Assembly (NCBI GenBank): GCA_024405335.1
Contig: JAKSOX010000001.1
Location: forward strand, 1 to 39,781
Direction of reading: 5' to 3'
Length of the DNA: 39,781 nucleotides
Source of the DNA: Kiritimatiellia bacterium
GTDB lineage: Bacteria; Verrucomicrobiota; Kiritimatiellia; RFP12; UBA1067
Positions 35,801 to 39,781 of this stretch are shown here, piece by piece. Numbering within the stretch: position 1 is the stretch's first letter; each line of letters starts with the position of its first letter. The translations under genes and the position numbers were made by a program. The notes beneath the pieces were generated by a model. The model saw nothing but the letters and a program-made list of their open reading frames with translations. It ran no database searches and had not been told where the DNA came from.

Positions 35801-36017
35801 CCGCCGCGGCATCCGCGCCGTGGCGCTGGTGTGGCGCGATCCCGCGATTCCCACGCCCGCGCGCAACGGCGGCGCCGGCGGCGGCTACAAGGACATGGCG
35901 GATTTGTATCTGCTCAAGAACGGCGGCGAAGGGTCCCGGCCCGATTCCTGGCGCACGTGGGACCGTTCCGGACCGCCGCACCGCACGCGCGTGCTTTTCT
36001 ACCACCAGTTCGAATAG
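32820..36017 (+). CDS. Giant GspK-like minor pseudopilin / tip protein (1065 aa)
   Basis: The N-terminus MNKRGSALLIVLGVMAFVTASVV resembles the GspK leader and lacks Phe+1 and Glu+5, as GspK proteins do. It has an ATGA overlap with the GspG-like gene. I recognise no motifs in the rest of the protein. Confidence 0.6.
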   Translation: MNKRGSALLIVLGVMAFVTASVVSFAVYMRESRLPSTFFRRAMAERQFVKAALAYAIDEIDAAVGDDPFPGVGKNVSLTRDGSLWGTDVWKSRVLMPFGTCDWSNTVSVLTLEGLGYLPPAIVNEVRWGARCTTNAVWRGFNYDLGRYAFVAVNVSDFLDVNKLHANTNRSVGAPISLGALLSREGSFDDPEIPASDFDYFLSRRGNNDPMVAFTSMMDYNLACNFAQDAKIKRGSPFGNMIRNWTSSSDSWYAGMTSNDVVRQAFITDTWFPKTNSTWRVDLDNPAHQPFALCGSWFPGDAPGKTSLSHCYNIDYKRQPWAGTYFDTLPIIATGMLCDYLDSDSVPLSLAMPCTEIAPMVVGIEAGGIFNFRLGVKKTPVETGPAKQDGEEPDEINEYTHTLCFAVDPEINVTCAFPFRRVANRLKKKSFSVQCVARLFFTDSSGATWTDGGLRIPFNNPDANRLCLPEAPFTWPTRDMAGRGGENPPPCITFVSDKQTVDAPDCSTDEEDVVLDTLSFSFSPSPYTTGMSANGDRGLELAKYQYNETSGKYVWPLDADGNLTDEVYQNAFRLYKSDWTFAKIGDGGTFRPSLAVWVRISDSDNATVDLVPAHVHYDSINNHNDHTDVDMPDVWRTCANNIGDRPLLRFFTSGVDLKFDRASLLTLAKQTGTLNATFDQSSYYCCDPRYNYAPEDWVAFAPDNDPQKDPAERWLDEAVHPVMNDGLQGRDRDVFMFVSNQGYLQSPYELMFIPRLKPFPGNEGDPEWGEFMMRRNFDGVVRTSPGALADADVMWRSYLPPALGGEDDFGLLRMHECASEEAFRVNPYGDSRFVALALANTPYDWFAAGTNAQNLCCSSERTEKRTQFEKLVNGLQRSFCTKSMDDASRWTFEETQALGQRFSEFFRRSVADASIGSWLAAYDSLDWGGKDQSSGASQALNPGDDPLEAFGDDLTFADRKFLYAFWRNCFVNRQQLFLVFVRAEMNTISINDKSRRGIRAVALVWRDPAIPTPARNGGAGGGYKDMADLYLLKNGGEGSRPDSWRTWDRSGPPHRTRVLFYHQFE

Positions 36018-36077
36018 CGCGGCCGCCGTCGGCAATTCGGTTTTCACGTCACACGGACACAGGGGAACGTTCAAAAG

Positions 36078-37034
36078 ATGAAGCGAGTTTTGTTGGGAGT
36101 TGGATTGCTGGCCGCCGGTTTTTCGGGAGCGGGCACGCTGGACGGCATCGCCGCGAAGGTCGACAGGGACGTGATCACGGTGGGCGACGTGATGAACGAA
36201 ATCCGCCGCCACCCGGAAGCGCGCGACCGCATGGGCGCCGGAAACGAGTCGGAAATGCAGGCGCTGTACCGCACGGCGCTCGACAACCTCGTCGACCGCA
36301 AGCTCATACTCAAAGCCGCGGCCGACCGCAAGCTGGACATGCAGGAGTGGATCGTGGACAACCGCATCCGCGAAATCGTGCACGATTCGTTCGACGGCGA
36401 CATGAACAAGCTCACCGCCGAACTCGCCGCGTCGAAAGTGCCGATGACCGAATGGCGGAACAGGATCCGCGAGGACATGATCGTGAGCGCGATGCGCTAC
36501 CAGATGGTGGAAAACTCGATTCGCGTGTCGCCCCTGCAGCTCAAGAAGGAATACGAAGAACATCCCGAGCGTTACGTGAAAGGCGCCAAGGCCGACGTGC
36601 GGGTGATATTGCTCAAGCCGTCGGACGGCAAAGACGCTCCGTCGGTAAGCACGCGCGCCGACGAAATCCTGGAGCGTTTGGCGAAGGGAGAGGATTTCGC
36701 CGAACTGGCGAAAAAGTTTTCCGCCGATTCGCACGCGAAAGACGGCGGATTGTGGTCGGGCGTGAATCCCGCGGACACGTTCCGCGAAGAGATTTGCGCG
36801 GTGATCGCAAAGCTCAAAGTCGGCGAAACGTCCAAGCTCATCGATCTCGACGGCTGGGGATTCATCGTCCGCAAAGAGCGCGCCACGGCGGAAGCCAAAA
36901 TGACGCTCGCGGACGCCTACGACGAAGTCGAGAAGAACGTCAAGGCCGAATTGGCCCGCGATGCCTACTCCGCGTGGGTGAGGCGTTTGCGCGCGGATGC
37001 GTTCGTGAAGCTTTATCCGGCTCCCGCGGAGTGA
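36078..37034 (+). CDS. Periplasmic peptidyl-prolyl isomerase/chaperone (SurA/PpiD-like, parvulin domain)
   Basis: It has a signal peptide. The SurA-N-like region is IAAKVDRDVITVGDV. The parvulin domain motifs are FAELAKKFSADSHAKDGGLWSGV...WGFIV. Confidence 0.75.
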   Translation: MKRVLLGVGLLAAGFSGAGTLDGIAAKVDRDVITVGDVMNEIRRHPEARDRMGAGNESEMQALYRTALDNLVDRKLILKAAADRKLDMQEWIVDNRIREIVHDSFDGDMNKLTAELAASKVPMTEWRNRIREDMIVSAMRYQMVENSIRVSPLQLKKEYEEHPERYVKGAKADVRVILLKPSDGKDAPSVSTRADEILERLAKGEDFAELAKKFSADSHAKDGGLWSGVNPADTFREEICAVIAKLKVGETSKLIDLDGWGFIVRKERATAEAKMTLADAYDEVEKNVKAELARDAYSAWVRRLRADAFVKLYPAPAE

Positions 37035-37051
37035 CGACCGGCCGCGCGTTT

Positions 37052-37882
37052 ATGAATCTCACTTCGCCGTCGCAGGTCAAGGACTGGTGCATCGCGAACG
37101 GGTTCCACCCGAACAAGGTGCTCGGCCAGAATTTTCTCATCGACAAAAACGTCCTCGACGCGATCGTCGACGCGGCGGAGCTCGCCGCGTTCGGGCCGTC
37201 GCCGCGCGTGCTTGAAATCGGCCCCGGCCTGGGCGTGCTCACGGAAGGGCTGCTGGCGCGCGGCGCGCGGGTGTCGGCGATCGAAAAGGATCCCGTGCTC
37301 GCGGCGCGACTCGCCGAATCGCTGGGGAATCCCGCGGACCTCGCCGTGACGGCGGGCGACGCGCTCGACGTCGTCAAGGCAGGAGGTTGCGACGGTTTCG
37401 CGGCGATGGTTTCGAATCTGCCGTATCAGGCGGGGACGCGGATACTGCTCGAATTGATCCGCCGCGTCGACGCGGGCGCGGCCGTTCCCGAAACGATCGT
37501 GGTGCTCGTGCAGACGGAAGTGGCCGAGCGTCTCGCCGCGGGTCCGGGATCGAAGACGCGCGGTCTTGCGGGCGTGTGGGCGCAGCTCGACTACTCCGTG
37601 TCGATCGTGCGGAAAGTTTCGGCCGCGTGCTTTTGGCCGCGCCCGGAAATCGGATCGTCCGTGGTGAAGCTCGTGCGCCACCACGCGAACGACGCGCTGG
37701 CCTCGGACGCGCGCAAGGCGTTCCGCGCGCTGTCGAAGCAGGCGTTCGAGCATCGCCGCAAGCAGCTGGGATCCATATTCAAAGGGCGAATCGAGTCATC
37801 GGCGCGGGCCGAAGAACTGTCGAATTCCGATTGGATTTCGCTTGCCAACGCATGGAGCAAAGAGTATACTTCCCTTTCGTAA
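37052..37882 (+). CDS. rsmA: 16S rRNA (adenine1518/1519-N6)-dimethyltransferase RsmA/KsgA
   Basis: Motifs present are KVLGQNFLID, the SAM-binding motif VLEIGPGLGVLT, and SNLPYQ. Confidence 0.9.
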   Translation: MNLTSPSQVKDWCIANGFHPNKVLGQNFLIDKNVLDAIVDAAELAAFGPSPRVLEIGPGLGVLTEGLLARGARVSAIEKDPVLAARLAESLGNPADLAVTAGDALDVVKAGGCDGFAAMVSNLPYQAGTRILLELIRRVDAGAAVPETIVVLVQTEVAERLAAGPGSKTRGLAGVWAQLDYSVSIVRKVSAACFWPRPEIGSSVVKLVRHHANDALASDARKAFRALSKQAFEHRRKQLGSIFKGRIESSARAEELSNSDWISLANAWSKEYTSLS

Positions 37883-37930
37883 ACCGAATTAGGCGGGTGC
37901 CGAGGGCGGTTTCGACCAAGAACAACAAGG

Positions 37931-38275
37931 ATGAACAAGATGGATATCTACTGTGGTAACCTGGCTTACGCCACCACTGACGAAGGACTCAAGGCCGCGT
38001 TCGCGGCGTATGGCGAAGTTACCTCCGCTCGCGTGGTGACCGATCGCATGACCGGTCGCTCGAAAGGATTCGGTTTCGTCGAGATGCCGAATGCCGAACA
38101 GGCCAACGCGGCCATCGCCGCGCTCAACGGCCAGGATCTGGACGGCCGTCCGATCCGCGTGAACGAATCGCAGCCCAAGCCCCGCGAAGAGCGTCGCGGT
38201 CCGCGCGGCGGCGGCTACGGCGGTGGTTTCGGCGGCGGTCGCCGCGATCGCGGTCCGCGCGACACGCGCTGGTAA
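37931..38275 (+). CDS. RRM-type RNA-binding protein with an Arg/Gly-rich tail
   Basis: RNP2 is IYCGNL and RNP1 is KGFGFVEM. The C-terminus is RGPRGGGYGGGFGGGRRDRG. The alternative start ATG 37940 (MDIY) has better Shine-Dalgarno spacing (aagga, 8 nt). Confidence 0.85.
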   Translation: MNKMDIYCGNLAYATTDEGLKAAFAAYGEVTSARVVTDRMTGRSKGFGFVEMPNAEQANAAIAALNGQDLDGRPIRVNESQPKPREERRGPRGGGYGGGFGGGRRDRGPRDTRW

Positions 38276-38295
38276 TCGCTCTTTGCGATGCATGG

Positions 38296-38337
38296 AAAAA
38301 GCGGGCGCCGATACGGCGTCCGTTTTTCTTTTGTTTT
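38296..38337 (+). terminator. Rho-independent terminator
   Basis: The 9-bp GC stem is CGGGCGCCG/CGGCGTCCG (one G.U pair), at 38302-38310 and 38314-38322. It is followed by TTTTTCTTTTGTTTT and preceded by an A-tract. Confidence 0.8.
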
Positions 38338-38381
38338 GACCCTGCGCACTGCGTCGGCATTTTGGCGTCGCTCGAAAGTTG

Positions 38382-38410
38382 TTGAAACGACAAGTCCAAT
38401 TTGATACCCT
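38382..38410 (+). promoter_or_regulatory. Candidate promoter: TTGAAA (38382-38387), 17-nt spacer, TGA-TACCCT (38405-38410)
   Basis: The spacing and the TG extension fit. The -10 hexamer is weak. ATG 38417 lies 6 nt downstream, a leaderless geometry. Confidence 0.35.
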
Positions 38411-38416
38411 ATTCGC

Positions 38417-39766
38417 ATGAACAGACGTGAATTTTTGGGCGGCGCGTTGGCCGCGGGCGGTTTTTGGGCGGTTCCCGGGGCGGTTGCCGCGGCGAGCCCC
38501 GTGCGTTTGCGCTTCGGCGTGGTGAGCGACGTCCACGTGCGCGAGGGCGGCCCGCGCGACCACTCGACGGGCGGCGACACCTGGTACTTCAGCAAGGCGC
38601 TCCGCTATTTCAAGGACCGGAAGGTCGACGCCGTCCTGATCGCCGGCGACATCGCGGACGCCGGACGCGACAGCGAGATGGAGTCCGTCGCGAAAGCGTG
38701 GTTCGAGGTGTTTCCCGAGGGCTGCGGTGTCGAGAAGCTCTTCGTCAGCGGCAACCACGACTGGGGCGGGCAGGGAACGATCGCGAAGATGTCCGCCCTT
38801 TGGGAACGGGTCTGGCGCGAACCGTACGTTTCGCTTTGGCACAAGACGGTGAAGGGCTACCATTTCATCGGCAAGCACTGGGACTCGAACGGTTTCGGCG
38901 GTCTTGCGGCTTGGTTGAAGGAAAACGGCGGACCGCTCAAGGGAGAAAAACCGTTCTTCTACGTGCAGCACCCGCATCCGAAAGACACCTGCAACGGCGC
39001 CTACGCATGGGGACGCGACGGCGGCGCGACGACGGCGGCGCTCGCCGACTGGCCGAACGCGGTGGCGTTTTCGGGACATTCGCACCACGCCCAAACCGAC
39101 GAGCGTTCGATTTGGCAGGGCGCCTTCACGTCGATCAACACGGGCTCGTTGCGCTACGGATGCCATCCGGACGACGGCGGGCTTCCTGGCCGCGGCTACG
39201 AAAACGGCGTCAAGGGCCCGGACGACAAGCTGATGGGTCCATGCAACGTCTGCGAAACGAAGACGGGGCTGCTCGTCGAGGTTTCCGACGACGCGATCGT
39301 CTACGCCCGCCGCGACTTCCAGAACGACCGGCCGCTCGGTCCCGATTGGGTGCAGCCGCTGCCGGCGAAGGCGCAGGCGCCGGCGATGGGTTTCGCCGAA
39401 CGCGCGGCGAAGGAGACGCCGCCGGCGTTCGCTCCGGACGCTGCGATTTCGGCGAAGGACGTGAAGGGCCGTCCGCGCAAAGGCGCGGAGGTCGACGCGG
39501 TCGAGGTTGGTTTCCCGGCGGCGAACGCGAGCGCGACGCGCGCGTTCGTCTACGAGGTGCGCGTGACGGGCGATGGCGAACCGCTCGTGCGCGAAGTCGT
39601 AGCGGAGGGTTTCGACCAGGCGGCGGAAAGCGCGTGGGCGAACAAGCCGTCGCGCGTCGTTCTCGCGAAGTCGTGGCTGCCGAAGGGCGGAAAACTCGAA
39701 ATCGCCGTGACGCCCGTGAGCTCGCTGGGCGTCCGCGGCAAGGCGCTGATCCGGAAACTCGGATGA
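38417..39766 (+). CDS. Exported calcineurin-like metallophosphoesterase
   Basis: It has a Tat-type signal (NRREFLGGALAAGG). Motifs present are SDVHV, GDIADAG, GNHDW and GHSHH. Confidence 0.75.
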   Translation: MNRREFLGGALAAGGFWAVPGAVAAASPVRLRFGVVSDVHVREGGPRDHSTGGDTWYFSKALRYFKDRKVDAVLIAGDIADAGRDSEMESVAKAWFEVFPEGCGVEKLFVSGNHDWGGQGTIAKMSALWERVWREPYVSLWHKTVKGYHFIGKHWDSNGFGGLAAWLKENGGPLKGEKPFFYVQHPHPKDTCNGAYAWGRDGGATTAALADWPNAVAFSGHSHHAQTDERSIWQGAFTSINTGSLRYGCHPDDGGLPGRGYENGVKGPDDKLMGPCNVCETKTGLLVEVSDDAIVYARRDFQNDRPLGPDWVQPLPAKAQAPAMGFAERAAKETPPAFAPDAAISAKDVKGRPRKGAEVDAVEVGFPAANASATRAFVYEVRVTGDGEPLVREVVAEGFDQAAESAWANKPSRVVLAKSWLPKGGKLEIAVTPVSSLGVRGKALIRKLG

Positions 39767-39781
39767 TGCGCCGCGCTGGGG

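Noticed and set aside
38417-39766. The metallophosphoesterase as an ApaH equivalent completing an E. coli-like surA-rsmA-apaH arrangement.
   Set aside because: The protein has a Tat-type export signal and is 449 aa with an extra C-terminal domain, so it is an exported enzyme. The cytoplasmic Ap4A hydrolase ApaH is therefore not a match, and the resemblance is at superfamily level only.
1-39781. I looked for CRISPR arrays, tRNA or rRNA genes, transposases, integrases and IS inverted repeats.
   Set aside because: I found no regularly spaced direct repeats of 25-40 bp, no T-loop (GGTTCGAATCC-like) or rRNA signatures, and no DDE, tyrosine-recombinase or serine-recombinase motifs in any credible ORF.

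Overview
This is a high-GC (roughly 65%) bacterial chromosomal window in which every convincing gene, about 35 CDS, lies on the + strand. All long minus-strand ORFs look like GC-shadow artefacts. I found no rRNA, tRNA or CRISPR array.

Order of content:
(1) A non-coding, partly AT-rich leader carrying phased CCTAAT repeats.
(2) A three-gene HipA-family toxin-antitoxin-like module in an unusual order: HTH, then HipT-like kinase, then HipS-like N-subdomain.
(3) Housekeeping genes: tsaE, an enolase-superfamily enzyme, folD, a small DMT/DUF486 membrane protein, tig-clpP-clpX, panD, metF and a TatD-family hydrolase.
(4) A secreted hydrolase cluster: a Tat-signal serine hydrolase, a GH78-like glycosidase, and an M14-peptidase-like / clan GH-A fusion.
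(5) A TerB-like protein, a thioester alpha-2-macroglobulin lipoprotein with an N-terminal LysM domain, and PBP1C.
(6) An acyl-CoA synthetase.
(7) A tightly coupled gspF-like platform gene plus eight pseudopilin-like genes, including 435-aa and 1065-aa giants, with no ATPase or secretin in the window.
(8) A SurA-like PPIase, rsmA/ksgA, an RRM-type RNA-binding protein with a clean intrinsic terminator, and a Tat-signal metallophosphoesterase.

A recurrent extended -10 motif (GTGGTATAAT-like) sits 6-8 nt upstream of several ATGs, which suggests leaderless transcripts.

The two best candidates for something undescribed are the permuted HipB-HipT-HipS module and the oversized pseudopilin operon. 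A PVC-type lineage (Lentisphaerota/Kiritimatiellota/Verrucomicrobiota-like) is only a weak inference from gene content. All family assignments come from motif recognition by eye, not from database searches.
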